Shown: positions 20,006 to 30,356, counted from the first letter of the stretch. The stretch is DNA of 64,000 nt from Acidobacteriota bacterium (GCA_049967655.1 JBMFSH010000003.1:78937-142936), one strand, 5' to 3'. A program made the numbers and translations. Notes: generated from the letters alone by a model not told the origin.

Positions 20006-21310
20006 CTACAACGTCGCCAGGGCGTCGTCGAGGTCTCCCATGATGTCCTCGGCGGCCTCCAGTCCGATGCTGATGCGGATCCCTCCCGGATCGATGCCCG
20101 CCTCCACCTGCGCCTCCAGCGGCAGGGGGGCGTGGGTCATGGAGGAGGGGTGCTCGATGAGCGTCCGAACCTGCCCCAGGGAAACCGCCAGGGTCAGCGT
20201 GAGGGCGTTCTCGGCCAGGTGGTTCATGAGCTTGCGGCCGCGCTCCCTGGCCTCCTCGGGGCTTCCCTTGAGGACGAAGTAGATCATGATGCCGGGGGCG
20301 AAGGCGCCGTCCTGGTCGAGCATCTGCTTGCGCGCCAGGACGTGCTGGGGATGGCTGGGCAGGCCGGGGTAGAGGACGCGCTCCACGGCGGGATGGCCCT
20401 CCAGGAAGCGGGCCACCTTGAGGGCCGTCTCGTTCTGGCGCCGCGATCTCAGGGCCAGGGTCGGGAGTCCGTAGACGAGGGCCGGCCATGCGGCCTTGGG
20501 CGCCAGGGGTGCGCCGAAGTCCTTCCGGAAGAGGAGGATGTCCGGCTCCAGGAGCTGGGGCCCTACCCAGACACCGCCCATGTCGGTGCCGAAGCCCCCC
20601 ACGTTCTTGGTGATGGACTGTACCGCCACGTCCGCGCCGAGGGTGATGGGACGCTGGCTGAAGGGGGTGGCGAAGGTGTTGTCCACGACGATGAAGATGC
20701 GCCGCTTCTTGGGGTTCCGCACGGCGTTGGCCCGGTCCACCGCGGCCCTGACGGCCGCGATGTCCACCAGCTCCAGCACGGGGTTGGTGGGGGTCTCGAA
20801 GTAGACCGCCACCACCTCGTCGGTCATCATGGCCTCCACCGCCTCCACGTCCTTCATGTCCACCATCTTCACCGTGATGCCGAAGCGCGGGAGCCAGTTC
20901 TTCATGAGCGAGTAGGTGCAGCCGTAGAGGGTGTGGTGGACGAGGATGGTATCCCCCGACTTGGCCAGCACCCCCAGGCTTGCGGTGATGGCCGCCATGC
21001 CCGTGGAGAAGGCCACCGCGCACTCGCCCTCCTCGGCCGCGGCGAGATTGTCCTCCAGCATGGAGCGGCTCGGCTCGTCCAGGCGGTCGTAAATGTAGAT
21101 GGGAGGGAGGACGTGGCGGTTGAACTCGGGGTTGGCGAAGGCCTGGAAGCCCCGGGCCCCCCGCTCGACGCTCTCGAGCCGGTAGGCCGCGGAGGCCGAG
21201 ATGGGCGGGACGATGTGGTCGCTGTAATCCCAGTGGGGCGAGTGAAAATCGCCGTGGATGAGGCGGGTCTCCTTGTGGTACCGCCGCTTTCTCTCCTTCT
21301 TGTCGGTCAT
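20006..21310 (-). CDS. Methionine gamma-lyase-like PLP enzyme (trans-sulfuration family)
   Basis: LYGCT (Cys typical of MGL), YFETPTNP, VVDNTF, SITK (PLP Lys), AVSLG..TLIEHP. Confidence 0.85.
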   Translation of the reverse strand: MTDKKERKRRYHKETRLIHGDFHSPHWDYSDHIVPPISASAAYRLESVERGARGFQAFANPEFNRHVLPPIYIYDRLDEPSRSMLEDNLAAAEEGECAVAFSTGMAAITASLGVLAKSGDTILVHHTLYGCTYSLMKNWLPRFGITVKMVDMKDVEAVEAMMTDEVVAVYFETPTNPVLELVDIAAVRAAVDRANAVRNPKKRRIFIVVDNTFATPFSQRPITLGADVAVQSITKNVGGFGTDMGGVWVGPQLLEPDILLFRKDFGAPLAPKAAWPALVYGLPTLALRSRRQNETALKVARFLEGHPAVERVLYPGLPSHPQHVLARKQMLDQDGAFAPGIMIYFVLKGSPEEARERGRKLMNHLAENALTLTLAVSLGQVRTLIEHPSSMTHAPLPLEAQVEAGIDPGGIRISIGLEAAEDIMGDLDDALATL

Positions 21311-21350
21311 GGGTCTGCCCTCCTCGCGGCCATTGTACAACAGTGAGATT

Positions 21351-21743
21351 CATGCCTGTCCAAAATAGAGCGCCTTGTCGGCTCCGGACCACGGCTGGGC
21401 CTGGGCCGCGCCTTGGGCGCGGCGCTGGGGGCCTGGTCCGGGCGCGTCCACGCCAGCGTGGCCGCGCTCCGGCCGCAGTCCCCCAGCCGCCCTTCGAGCG
21501 CCAGCCCCAGCCTCGTCCAATACGAACAGTCCCCCCACCCTCCACAGGTGCGCCGGCGGCGACGGACCTCCTGCTGCGTCACGCTTCGGCGTCCGCATCC
21601 TCAGCGTACAGGGAGTACGCTTGCGGTGCGGCCGCCTCGCTTTCCTTACATGAGGCCCATCGGCGCCGGGACGCGCCTTCCTCCGCTTCGCTCCGGAAGG
21701 CAGACCGCACCGGTGCGAGCTGAAATTATTTTGGACAGCTATG
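21351..21743. mobile_element. MITE family 1, copy 1 (393 bp)
   Basis: TIRs CATGCCTGTCCAAAAT / ATTTTGGACAGCTATG; perfect 9-bp flanking duplication AGTGAGATT (21342-21350, 21744-21752). Confidence 0.92.
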
Positions 21744-21959
21744 AGTGAGATTGGGAGGCCGGGGTCCGGAATTGGAAAAAGTAATCACCACAGAGGCGCA
21801 GAGACGCAGAGGGATTGCGAAGGGCAAAGGGCGGCAGGCCGATTGGAAACGGGCACCGTGGGAAGGTGTCACCTGCTCGCCCCTTTCGATCACTAAGTTC
21901 GCTTCTGTGGCTCGGAAGGATTCCAGCGCCCACATTGTTGCGGGAGAGCGAGGTGAGCG

Positions 21960-23450
21960 ATGGCGGTTCCCGTTCCTGCACTGCGAGTCAGAAGCCTCAC
22001 CCCGGCTCCCGTCAACGGAGACGGCGAGTGGGTTCTCTACTGGATGGTCGGGGCGCGCAGGACGCGCTACAACTTCGCCCTCCAGAGGGCCGCCTTCTGG
22101 GCCGCCGAGCTGGGCCGGCCGCTGCTGGTCCTGGAGGCCCTCCGGTGCGACTATCCCTGGGCGAGCGACCGCCTCCACCGGTTCATCCTCGACGGCATGG
22201 CCGAGAACCGGCGCGCCTTCGGACGGGCTGGAGTGACCTACCACCCGTACGTGGAGCCCGCCGTCGGCGCCGGGCGTGGACTCCTGGAAGCGCTCGCCGC
22301 CGGGGCCGGCGTCGTCGTCACGGACGACTCTCCCGCCTTCTTTCTGCCGCGCATGGTGGCCTCCGCTGCGGCCCGGGTGCCCGTGCTCGTGGAGGCGGTG
22401 GACGGCAACGGCCTGCTGCCGGTGCGGGCGGCCGACCGGGCCTTCCCCACCGCCCACGCCTTCCGTCGGTTTCTCCAGGGCGCCCTCGTGACCCATCTCT
22501 CCGAGCTTCCCCAGCCCGATCCCCTCCCGCCGAAGGGAGCGGGAAGGGGCGCCGCCCTTCCCGAGGAGGTCCTGCGCCGCTGGCCGCCGGCTGATCGTGG
22601 GCTGCTCGACGGCCAGCCCGGCGCGCTGGCCGCGCTCCCCCTGGACCACGCGGTGAACCCCTCTCCGCTCCGAGGGGGAGGCGAGGCGGCCCGCGCGGCC
22701 TTGGCCACCTTTCTCTCGGAGCGGCTGGAGGGCTACGCCGAGGGACGCAACCGGATCGAGGCCTGCGCCGCCAGCGGCCTCTCTCCTTATCTCCATTTTG
22801 GCCACCTCTCGGCGCACGAGGTGGCCGCCGCGGTGCTGGAGAGAGAGAACTGGAATCCAGGGCGGCTGGCGCCCAAGGTTACCGGCTCCCGGCAGGGCTG
22901 GTGGGGGGCCTCCGCTTCGGCCGAGGCGTTCCTCGACCAGCTCGTCACCTGGAGGGAGCTGGGCCTCAACGCCGCCGTCCACCTTCCGGCCTACCAGGAG
23001 TTCGAGGCCCTGCCCGGCTGGGCCAGGGCCTCGCTTCTCAAGCACGCGCCGGATCCCCGGCCCCATTGCTACACGCTGGGCGAGCTGGAGGCCGCCGCCA
23101 CGCACGATCCCCTCTGGAACGCCGCCCAGCGCCAGTTGGCGAGGGAGGGGATCCTCCACAACTACCTCCGCATGCTCTGGGGCAAGAAGATCCTGGAGTG
23201 GACTGGCCATCCCCGGGAGGCGCTGGAGGTCATGACCGAGCTGAACAACCGCTTCGCGCTGGACGGCAGGGACCCCAATTCGGTGGCGGGCATCTTTTGG
23301 ACCCTCGGCCGGTACGACCGTCCGTGGGGACCCGAGCGGCCCATCTTCGGCACGGTGCGTTTCATGAGCTCCCGGAACACCGCCCGGAAGATGGACGTGA
23401 CCGGCTATCTCCGGCGCTACGGCTCCGAGGGGGCAGCCCATGGGCGCTGA
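21960..23450 (+). CDS. phrB: Class II CPD DNA photolyase
   Basis: VLYWM, SGLSPYLHFG, THDPLWNAAQ, HNYLRMLWGKKILEW, DGRDPN. Confidence 0.92.
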   Translation: MAVPVPALRVRSLTPAPVNGDGEWVLYWMVGARRTRYNFALQRAAFWAAELGRPLLVLEALRCDYPWASDRLHRFILDGMAENRRAFGRAGVTYHPYVEPAVGAGRGLLEALAAGAGVVVTDDSPAFFLPRMVASAAARVPVLVEAVDGNGLLPVRAADRAFPTAHAFRRFLQGALVTHLSELPQPDPLPPKGAGRGAALPEEVLRRWPPADRGLLDGQPGALAALPLDHAVNPSPLRGGGEAARAALATFLSERLEGYAEGRNRIEACAASGLSPYLHFGHLSAHEVAAAVLERENWNPGRLAPKVTGSRQGWWGASASAEAFLDQLVTWRELGLNAAVHLPAYQEFEALPGWARASLLKHAPDPRPHCYTLGELEAAATHDPLWNAAQRQLAREGILHNYLRMLWGKKILEWTGHPREALEVMTELNNRFALDGRDPNSVAGIFWTLGRYDRPWGPERPIFGTVRFMSSRNTARKMDVTGYLRRYGSEGAAHGR

Positions 23451-23808
23451 CGCCTCCCCCCTGCGCGTTCTCTACGACGGGGAGTGCGGCCTCTGCCGGG
23501 CCCAGGCCCTCTGGCTGCGCAGGCTGGACTGGCGCCGCCGGCTGCGGTGGGAAGATTTTCACGAATCGGCGGCGCGGGGAACCTGCCCGGCCGGTCTTGG
23601 CCGGGAGGCCCTGGAGCGGTCCCTGCACGTGGTGGCCGCCGACGGGCGGCTCTTCCGGGGCTTCCTCGCCCTGCGCCGACTGGCCCTGTGCCTGCCGGCG
23701 CTGTGGCCCTTTGTCCCCCTTCTCTACCTCCCGGGTGCCGCGAGCCTGGGAGAGCCCCTGTACCGCCTGGTGGCCCGAAACCGCCACCGGCTGGACCGCG
23801 ATCGGTGA
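23440..23808 (+). CDS. DCC/DUF393 thiol-disulfide oxidoreductase-like protein
   Basis: YDGECGLC motif; YRLVARNRH end. Confidence 0.85.
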   Translation: MGADASPLRVLYDGECGLCRAQALWLRRLDWRRRLRWEDFHESAARGTCPAGLGREALERSLHVVAADGRLFRGFLALRRLALCLPALWPFVPLLYLPGAASLGEPLYRLVARNRHRLDRDR

Positions 23809-23832
23809 TGGCGATGGGATGGGGACAAGGGA

Positions 23833-23930
23833 CAGGGCTGTCCAAAAGGATTGCAGCACTCCCTCTCCTCCGCGTCGCTCCGGAGGGTAATCCGCGCAAG
23901 AACGAGCTGAAGTTATCTCAAAAAACCGTG
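23833..23930. mobile_element. MITE family 1, degenerate internally deleted remnant
   Basis: Begins CAGGGCTGTCCAAAAG; the last ~65 nt align to the right end of copy 1 (CCTCCGC.TCGCTCCGGA.GG...CGAGCTGAA.TTAT). No TSD. Confidence 0.6.
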
Positions 23931-24042
23931 AAATCCCGTTCTTGTGCTTTCTGGGATCGCGCGTCCGCCATCCCTTTCTCGACGCTATGTTCCCTCCCTC
24001 TGCTCTTGGTGGTTTAATAGTCGTCCCGGGGAGGGAGAGCGG

Positions 24043-26598
24043 ATGGATCTCGGTTTCATCGCGCGTGTGGCCAAGCCCACGCGCTACACGGGCGGCGAGG
24101 TCAACGAGGTGGTCAAAGAGGAGCGCCCCGGCCTCCTGCACGTGGCCTTCGCCTTCCCCGACGGCTACGAGATCGCCATGAGCACCATGGGCCTGCGGAT
24201 CCTCTACGGCCTCCTCAACCAGCGGGAGGACGTCTGGATGGAGCGGGTCTTCATGCCCATGCCCGACATGATCGAGGAGATGGAGAAGCGGGGAATCCCC
24301 CTCTTCTCGCTGGAGTCCAAGCGGCCCCTTTCCGCCTTTGACGTGGTGGGCTTCACGCTCCAGTTCGAGCTGACCTACACCAACATCCTCCACATGCTGC
24401 GCATGGGAGGGATCGCCCGCCGAGCCGACCAGCGGGGCCCCGGCGATCCCGTGGTTTTGGCTGGGGGCCCGTGCGCCTGCAACCCCGAGCCCCTGGCCCC
24501 CTTCATGGACGCCTTCCTGATCGGCGATGGCGAGGAGGCCGCCGGGGAGCTCTGCGAGGTCGTGCGCGCCTTCAAGGATGCGCCGAGGCCGGTGCTCTGG
24601 CGGGAGCTCGCCAAGGTGCCCGGAACCTACGTGCCGGCCCTCTACCGGACGGAGGTGGACCCGGCCACCGGCATGGAGGTGGTGGTCGGCTCCGAGGCCC
24701 CCGAGGCCCCCTTCCCGGTCCCGCGGCGGATCCTCCCCGACATCGACCGCTACCCCTTCCCCACCCGGGTCATCGTGCCGCACCACCAGGTGGTGCACGA
24801 CCGCTTCGCCGTGGAGATCGCCAGGGGCTGTAGCGTGGGCTGCCGCTTCTGCCAGGCCGGCTTCACCTACCGCCCGGAGCGGGAGCGCTCGTCGGAGGCT
24901 GTCCGGGAGGCCGCCGCGGAAGGGCTGGCGGCCACGGGCTACCAAGAGGTCACGCTCCTGAGCCTGAACACGGGCGACTACAAGGGGCTGGAGCCCCTCA
25001 TCCGGGCCGTGGCGGCGGACGGCGCCCTCCAGCAGGTGGGGGTCTTCATGCCGAGCCTGCGCGTGAGCGCCCTGACGCAGGAGCTGGCCGAGGCCCTCGC
25101 CGCCGGCCGCAAGACTGGCTTCACCCTGGCGCCCGAGGCGGGCACGCAGCGCCTGCGCGACGTGGTCAACAAGCAGATCACGGACCTCGAACTGGAGGAG
25201 GCCGCCTCCGCCCTCTTCAGCTACGGCTGGAACGTGCTCAAGCTCTACTTCATGATCGGCCTCCCCACGGAGACCGAGGAGGACGTGGCCGCCATCGATG
25301 ACCTGGCGCGGCGGGTGGTGCGCCGGGCCCGCCAGGCGGGCTGCGCCAACCCGCAGGTGACGGTCTCCACCTCCTCCTTCGTCCCCAAGCCCTTCACCCC
25401 CTTCCAGTTCTGCCCCATGGAGCCGCCCGCCTCCCTGGCGGCCAAGCAGGATGCCCTCAAGCGCACCCTCCGCAGGCCCGTCACCTACAAGTGGCACGAC
25501 GTGGAGGCCAGCCAGGTCGAGGCCCTCCTCTCGCTGGGAGACCGGCGCGTGGCGGCCGTGGTGGAGGCGGCGGCGGAGCTGGGCTGTCGGCTGGACGGCT
25601 GGAGCGAGCACTTCGACGCGCAGAGGTGGCACAGGGCCATGGAGCAGGTCGGCCTGGACCTGGGGCCCTACCTCTACCGCTCCAGGCACCGAAAGGAGCG
25701 GCTGCCGTGGGATGTCCTGGACATGGGCATACAGAAGGAGTTCCTCTGGCGCGAATGGGTCAGGGCACAGGCGGGGCAGGTGACGGAGCCGTGTGGCCCC
25801 GAGGCCTGCCACGGCTGCGCCTCCTTCGCCAAGGCCTGCACGGAGGGCGCCTTCCTCCGGCGTGCCGAGGAGCCGGCGCAGCCGCCGCTCCCCGGCGGCA
25901 CCGACCTGGCCGCGGTCCAAAGCGGCAAGTACCGGCTGCGCTATAGGAAAGAGGGCACGGCCCGTTTTCTGGGCCACCTGGACCTGATGCACACGCTCGT
26001 GCGGGCGCTGCGGCGGTCAGGGGTCCACCTGGCCTACTCCAAGGGGCACCACCCCATGCCCAAGATCGAGTTCCCAGCTCCCCTGCCCCTGGGGGTGGAG
26101 GGGGCTGCCGAATGGATGGAATTCTCCGCCGCCTGCCTCGACATCGAGGAGACCCTGGAGCGGCTCAGGCGCCTCCTGCCGGCGGGATTAACGGCGGAGC
26201 GGCTGTTCCGCGTGCCGTCCAACTCCCTGCCCCTCTCCTCCCTCACGGAACAGCGGTACGCCATCCACCTGAGCGGGCTTGCGGAGGAGGATGCCCGCGC
26301 GGTCCGGCGGAACGTGGAGGCCTTCCTGGCCGCCCCCTCGTGGACGGTGAGGCGGGCCGGCAAGGAGGAGAGGAAACCGCTGGAGCTGAAGAGCCGGGTG
26401 AGCGGCATGAAGTGGGACGGCGACACCCTCCACCTCAGCATCAGCAGCGGGGGCTTCATGGACCTGGTCCGCTCCCTCTGCCCCCCTGAGATCCCGGAGC
26501 TCCCGCGGCTGGTGCGCCTCGGCCTCGAACACGGAGCCGACGAAGGGGCCGAGGCCCGCGAGGCGGGCGAGCACGCCGCCGCCGCTGAGGCGAGATAA
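24043..26598 (+). CDS. TIGR03960-type radical SAM protein fused to a TIGR03936-type C-terminal domain
   Basis: KPTRYTGGEVN, FPDGYEIAMS, RGCSVGCRFCQAG (CX3CX2C), FVPKPFTPFQ; C-terminal RFLGHLD...YSKGHHPMPKI. Confidence 0.9.
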   Translation: MDLGFIARVAKPTRYTGGEVNEVVKEERPGLLHVAFAFPDGYEIAMSTMGLRILYGLLNQREDVWMERVFMPMPDMIEEMEKRGIPLFSLESKRPLSAFDVVGFTLQFELTYTNILHMLRMGGIARRADQRGPGDPVVLAGGPCACNPEPLAPFMDAFLIGDGEEAAGELCEVVRAFKDAPRPVLWRELAKVPGTYVPALYRTEVDPATGMEVVVGSEAPEAPFPVPRRILPDIDRYPFPTRVIVPHHQVVHDRFAVEIARGCSVGCRFCQAGFTYRPERERSSEAVREAAAEGLAATGYQEVTLLSLNTGDYKGLEPLIRAVAADGALQQVGVFMPSLRVSALTQELAEALAAGRKTGFTLAPEAGTQRLRDVVNKQITDLELEEAASALFSYGWNVLKLYFMIGLPTETEEDVAAIDDLARRVVRRARQAGCANPQVTVSTSSFVPKPFTPFQFCPMEPPASLAAKQDALKRTLRRPVTYKWHDVEASQVEALLSLGDRRVAAVVEAAAELGCRLDGWSEHFDAQRWHRAMEQVGLDLGPYLYRSRHRKERLPWDVLDMGIQKEFLWREWVRAQAGQVTEPCGPEACHGCASFAKACTEGAFLRRAEEPAQPPLPGGTDLAAVQSGKYRLRYRKEGTARFLGHLDLMHTLVRALRRSGVHLAYSKGHHPMPKIEFPAPLPLGVEGAAEWMEFSAACLDIEETLERLRRLLPAGLTAERLFRVPSNSLPLSSLTEQRYAIHLSGLAEEDARAVRRNVEAFLAAPSWTVRRAGKEERKPLELKSRVSGMKWDGDTLHLSISSGGFMDLVRSLCPPEIPELPRLVRLGLEHGADEGAEAREAGEHAAAAEAR

Positions 26599-26727
26599 CC
26601 GTCCGGGCCCGAGGCACTGGCGCGGGGACCTGAACGCGTCAGCACCAGGCGCCGGGGTCCGTCCTCTTCCTCTTCACCGGAAGGTATCTCTCCTCTCCGA
26701 CTTGCGCGCGCACTTTAGTATTGTTCC

Positions 26728-26956
26728 CTCCAATTCCGCGATGGAGCGAGGAGAAGGCGGGGCGAGGCTCATCCAGCCATGGACCGCGAGCTAGGACAGC
26801 TTACCTGAAAGGGGCCGGCCTTCCATCACATCCCGCTTACTCGCTTACTCGCTTACTCGCTTAATCGCTTAATCGCTTAATCGCTTAATCGCGATGGGGA
26901 AGTCGCCGTCAGGCGACGGCTCCCACACCGGCGGGAATTGCATCGCGGGATCTGGG
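26728..26956. mobile_element. MITE family 2, copy B (reverse orientation)
   Basis: Reverse complement aligns to 2041-2237; internal (TTACTCGC)3(TTAATCGC)4 at 26837-26892; flanks TGTTCC/TGTCCC are only an imperfect duplication. Confidence 0.8.
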
Positions 26957-27050
26957 TGTCCCCACCTCATTTGTGGCGGAGAGCCCATAAGCGGTACAAT
27001 GCGCCTCTGCCGGAATATCAGCCCGGCAGGGACCGAGGGCCCATGCACCC

Positions 27051-28508
27051 ATGAAGCAGGAGCTGCTGGTCACCAGGGACCGCTGGCAGACGCGCATCGC
27101 GGTGATCGAGGACGGACGCCTCACGGAGTTCCAGCAAGAGCCGAGCCATCTGGACGGACTGGTGGGCAACCTCTACGTCGGAAAGGTGAGCCGGATTCTC
27201 CCCGGCATGGAGAGCGCCTTCGTCTCCATCGGCCTGGACCGGGACGGCTTCCTCTTCGAAGGCGACATGGGTCCCCTCAAGCTGTTCGACGAGGAGCTCT
27301 CCGACCCCTCCAAGTTCCGGAACCCGACGGTCAAGAACCTCCGCGAGGGTGAGCGGATCCTTGTTCAGGTCACGAAGGAGCCCATGGGGCCCAAGGGGGC
27401 CCGGCTCTCCACTCAGATCTCGCTGCCGGGCCACTACATGGTCTACATGCCCTTCCTCGACCACGTGGGGGTTTCGCGGCGCATCTCGGGGGATGAGCGC
27501 CGGCGACTCAAGGAGACGGTGCGCCGCTACAAGGGGGGGTTCCCGGGCGGCTTCATCGTCCGGACGGCCGCCGAGGGCGCCGACGAGTCCGACCTGGGCG
27601 CGGAGATGCAGGCCCTGACCGACCTGTGGTCCCTCATCTGGCTGAAGAGCGCCCACTGCGAGGCTCCCTTCCTCGTTCACCAGGAGGCAGACCTGGTGGG
27701 CCGCTCCGTCCGGGAGATCCTCCTCAAGGGAGACGGGACGGTCCTGACCGACGATCCCGACGTGGCCACGCGCTGCCGGGAGCTGCTCTCCAGCCTCGGA
27801 GACAATCCGGGGCGGGTGCGGTCGTGGGATGACCGCCGCCTCTCCCTCTTCGAGCACTACCACGTCCAGGAGGAGATCGAGAAGGCGCTCAGGCCCCGCG
27901 TCTGGCTGCCCTCCGGCGGCTGCATCGTGCTTCAGTCCACGGAGGCGCTGGTGGCCATTGACGTCAACTCCGGCCGCTTCACGGGGAAGCGCTCGCTCGA
28001 AGACACGGCCTTCGCCATCAACATGGAGGCGGCGGAGGAGATCGTCCGGCAGATCCGGCTGCGGAGCCTGGGCGGGATCATCGTGATCGACTTCATCGAC
28101 ATGACCAAGAAATCCCACCGGGAGGCACTCGTGGCCAAGCTCAACGAGGCCCTCAAGCGCGACCGGGCCAAGTCGCGGATCCTGGCCATCTCCGAGTTCG
28201 GACTCGTGGAGATGACGCGCAAGCGGAGCCATCGGAACCTGGAGCGGGTCATGACCTCGGTCTGTCCCTGCTGCGAGGGCCGCGGCCGGGTGCAGGCCCC
28301 GTGGATCATCGCGCAAAGGATCGTCGAGGCCGTGGATGCGCTCCCGCCCCCCAAAAACGTGCTGGTCACGGCTGCTCAGGAGGTAGTGCGGTACATCAAA
28401 GAGAACGACGAGGTCCTGCGGCTTCCCGAAGGCGTCCAGCTGGAGGCCATGACCTTGGCCAACCCCAGCTCATTTTCCCTCAGGCCCCTCCGCAAGGGCG
28501 AGCGCTGA
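27051..28508 (+). CDS. rng: Ribonuclease G (Rne/Rng family)
   Basis: S1 domain GNLYVGKV..PGMESAFV, AIDVNSG, GGIIVIDFIDM, CPCCEG. Confidence 0.92.
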   Translation: MKQELLVTRDRWQTRIAVIEDGRLTEFQQEPSHLDGLVGNLYVGKVSRILPGMESAFVSIGLDRDGFLFEGDMGPLKLFDEELSDPSKFRNPTVKNLREGERILVQVTKEPMGPKGARLSTQISLPGHYMVYMPFLDHVGVSRRISGDERRRLKETVRRYKGGFPGGFIVRTAAEGADESDLGAEMQALTDLWSLIWLKSAHCEAPFLVHQEADLVGRSVREILLKGDGTVLTDDPDVATRCRELLSSLGDNPGRVRSWDDRRLSLFEHYHVQEEIEKALRPRVWLPSGGCIVLQSTEALVAIDVNSGRFTGKRSLEDTAFAINMEAAEEIVRQIRLRSLGGIIVIDFIDMTKKSHREALVAKLNEALKRDRAKSRILAISEFGLVEMTRKRSHRNLERVMTSVCPCCEGRGRVQAPWIIAQRIVEAVDALPPPKNVLVTAAQEVVRYIKENDEVLRLPEGVQLEAMTLANPSSFSLRPLRKGER

Positions 28509-28603
28509 CCCTCCCCGCCGGACCGACTCACGCCCGTCCGGCCCTTCATATTGACCAGCAGGTGTTCTCTGTTCCCAGGCCACGCCTCGCGCGGGTGAGC
28601 CGC

Positions 28604-29215
28604 CTATTCCTCGATTCCGCTCTGGCGGCGGTTCTTCCAGAAGAGGTAGGCGGCGACGATGACCAGCCACGCCACGAGGATGAGCCCGAGCCAGAACTGG
28701 TAGAGGTGGTACAGCGAGGCGATCCGATCCACGCGCTGGCCGGCGGTGTAGGCGATGGCGGTCAGGAAGATCCCGAAGAGGAGGTTGCCCGCCGCCGAGG
28801 CCGCCGCTACCCTTCCCGCGCGCATGCGGAGCATCCCCGCGGCGGGATAGAGGAGGACCCGCACGTAGGGTAGGAAGCGGTTCAGGAACAGGGGCCAGGC
28901 GCCCCAGCGCCCCAGCATCCCCTCCACCCGCACAACCAGGGTCCGCAGGCGGGGCCGCTTCAGCAGCACACTCCCGAAGGCCCTTCCCCAGGCGAAGGCG
29001 CCGAGGGAGCCTAGGGTTCCGCCGATCGTGATGAGGATGATCCCGGCGAGCCACGAGCCGTCCTTGGCTCCGATCCAGAAGAGGCCCGCCACCAGCGCCA
29101 GATCGCCCGGCACGATGGGCACGAGGTACTTCAGGCAGGCGAAGAGCAGGAGCGAGAGGTAGACCGGCCAAAGGCCCTGGCCGGGGTTCAGCGCCTGGGC
29201 GAGGGTCTGGCTCAT
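28604..29215 (-). CDS. DedA family membrane protein
   Basis: PIVPGD, GGTLGS, NRFLPYVR pattern; start overlaps the upstream stop. Confidence 0.85.
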   Translation of the reverse strand: MSQTLAQALNPGQGLWPVYLSLLLFACLKYLVPIVPGDLALVAGLFWIGAKDGSWLAGIILITIGGTLGSLGAFAWGRAFGSVLLKRPRLRTLVVRVEGMLGRWGAWPLFLNRFLPYVRVLLYPAAGMLRMRAGRVAAASAAGNLLFGIFLTAIAYTAGQRVDRIASLYHLYQFWLGLILVAWLVIVAAYLFWKNRRQSGIEE

Positions 29216-29835
29216 GAGGTCAGCTCGGGAAGGAGCCGGAGGAAAGCCGGATAGTCGGTGCAGGCCAGGAACTTGTTTGCCGCCAGCTCCTCTCCCAGGC
29301 TCCGGCTCTCCACGCTCCCGTAATGGTGACCGGGGTGGATGGCAAGCTCGCGCGGCAGGGCTCTGAGCCGCGCCAGGCTCCGGAACATGGCGGCGGGATC
29401 GCCTCCGGGGAGGTCGGTCCGCCCGATCCAATCCACGAAGAGGACGTCTCCCGTGAAGAGGGCGCCTCCCACCCGGTAGCAGACCCCTCCCGGCGTGTGG
29501 CCCGGCGTATGGATGGCCTCCACGCCGCCGAGGGCGGGAAGCGGACCGTCGCCGGGAAGCGGAGCGGCCCCCCCGATGCGAGCCGCCTCCAGCGGGTGGA
29601 CCCAGACCCGGAGGTCTCGCCCGGCCCGCAGGCCGTCGAGCGAGGCCACGTGATCGCCGTGGGTGTGGGTTAGGAGGACCTCGGTGAGCCTTCTTCCGTC
29701 GCGCGAACAGGCATCGAGGATGGCCTGGCCGGCGTAGGAGGGGTCCACGCACCAAGCCTCCGAGGCATGCTCGGGATAGATCAGGTAGGAGCGGTTGGCA
29801 TCGCCGCCGGCGTCCATGGTCACGATGTGAAACAT
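29212..29835 (-). CDS. MBL-fold hydrolase (glyoxalase II-like)
   Basis: THTHGDH, TPGHT, FTGD, HPGH. Confidence 0.9.
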   Translation of the reverse strand: MFHIVTMDAGGDANRSYLIYPEHASEAWCVDPSYAGQAILDACSRDGRRLTEVLLTHTHGDHVASLDGLRAGRDLRVWVHPLEAARIGGAAPLPGDGPLPALGGVEAIHTPGHTPGGVCYRVGGALFTGDVLFVDWIGRTDLPGGDPAAMFRSLARLRALPRELAIHPGHHYGSVESRSLGEELAANKFLACTDYPAFLRLLPELTS

Positions 29836-29927
29836 GGCGCTAGTCCCGACCGCCGGGAAGCTCCCGACGCTGTGCGTCCGGGGCCGGACTCGTGCTGGAA
29901 AGCCGGCGCCGGACGAGTGGAAGAGGG

Positions 29928-30356
29928 CTAGAAGGGAATGTCGTCGTCGTTGTACTCGGGGGCCTTGTCCGAGGCACCGCGGCCGCCTTCGCCCTTGCCT
30001 TCGGCCCTGCCTTCGCCGCCGCCCTCGCCCTTGCCGAGCATGACCAGATTGTCGGCGCGGACCTCGGTGACGCTCTTTTCCACGCCGTCCCGGTCCTTGT
30101 AAGTGCGGGAGCGGATGGCCCCCTCAATGTAGATCTGCCGGCCCTTGTGCAGGTATTCCCCGCAGATCTCGGCCAGCTTGCCCCACACGACGATGCGGTG
30201 CCACTCGGTGTGCTCCTGCTTCTGGCCGTCCTTGTCCTTCCAGGTCTCGTTGGTGGCCAGAGTGAAGGTGGCCACCGGGGCCCCGTTGGGGGTGTACCTG
30301 AGTTCGGGGTCGCGGCCCAGGTTGCCGACCAGAATCACCTTATTGACGCTGCCCAT
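29928..30356 (-). CDS. ssb: Single-stranded DNA-binding protein
   Basis: VNKVILVGNLGRDPE, TEWHR, C-terminal DDDIPF. Confidence 0.97.
   Translation of the reverse strand: MGSVNKVILVGNLGRDPELRYTPNGAPVATFTLATNETWKDKDGQKQEHTEWHRIVVWGKLAEICGEYLHKGRQIYIEGAIRSRTYKDRDGVEKSVTEVRADNLVMLGKGEGGGEGRAEGKGEGGRGASDKAPEYNDDDIPF

Noticed and set aside
21307..21748. Short ORFs shared by both MITE-1 copies
   Set aside because: Starts, lengths and frames differ between copies and there is no transposase motif; the similarity reflects DNA identity.
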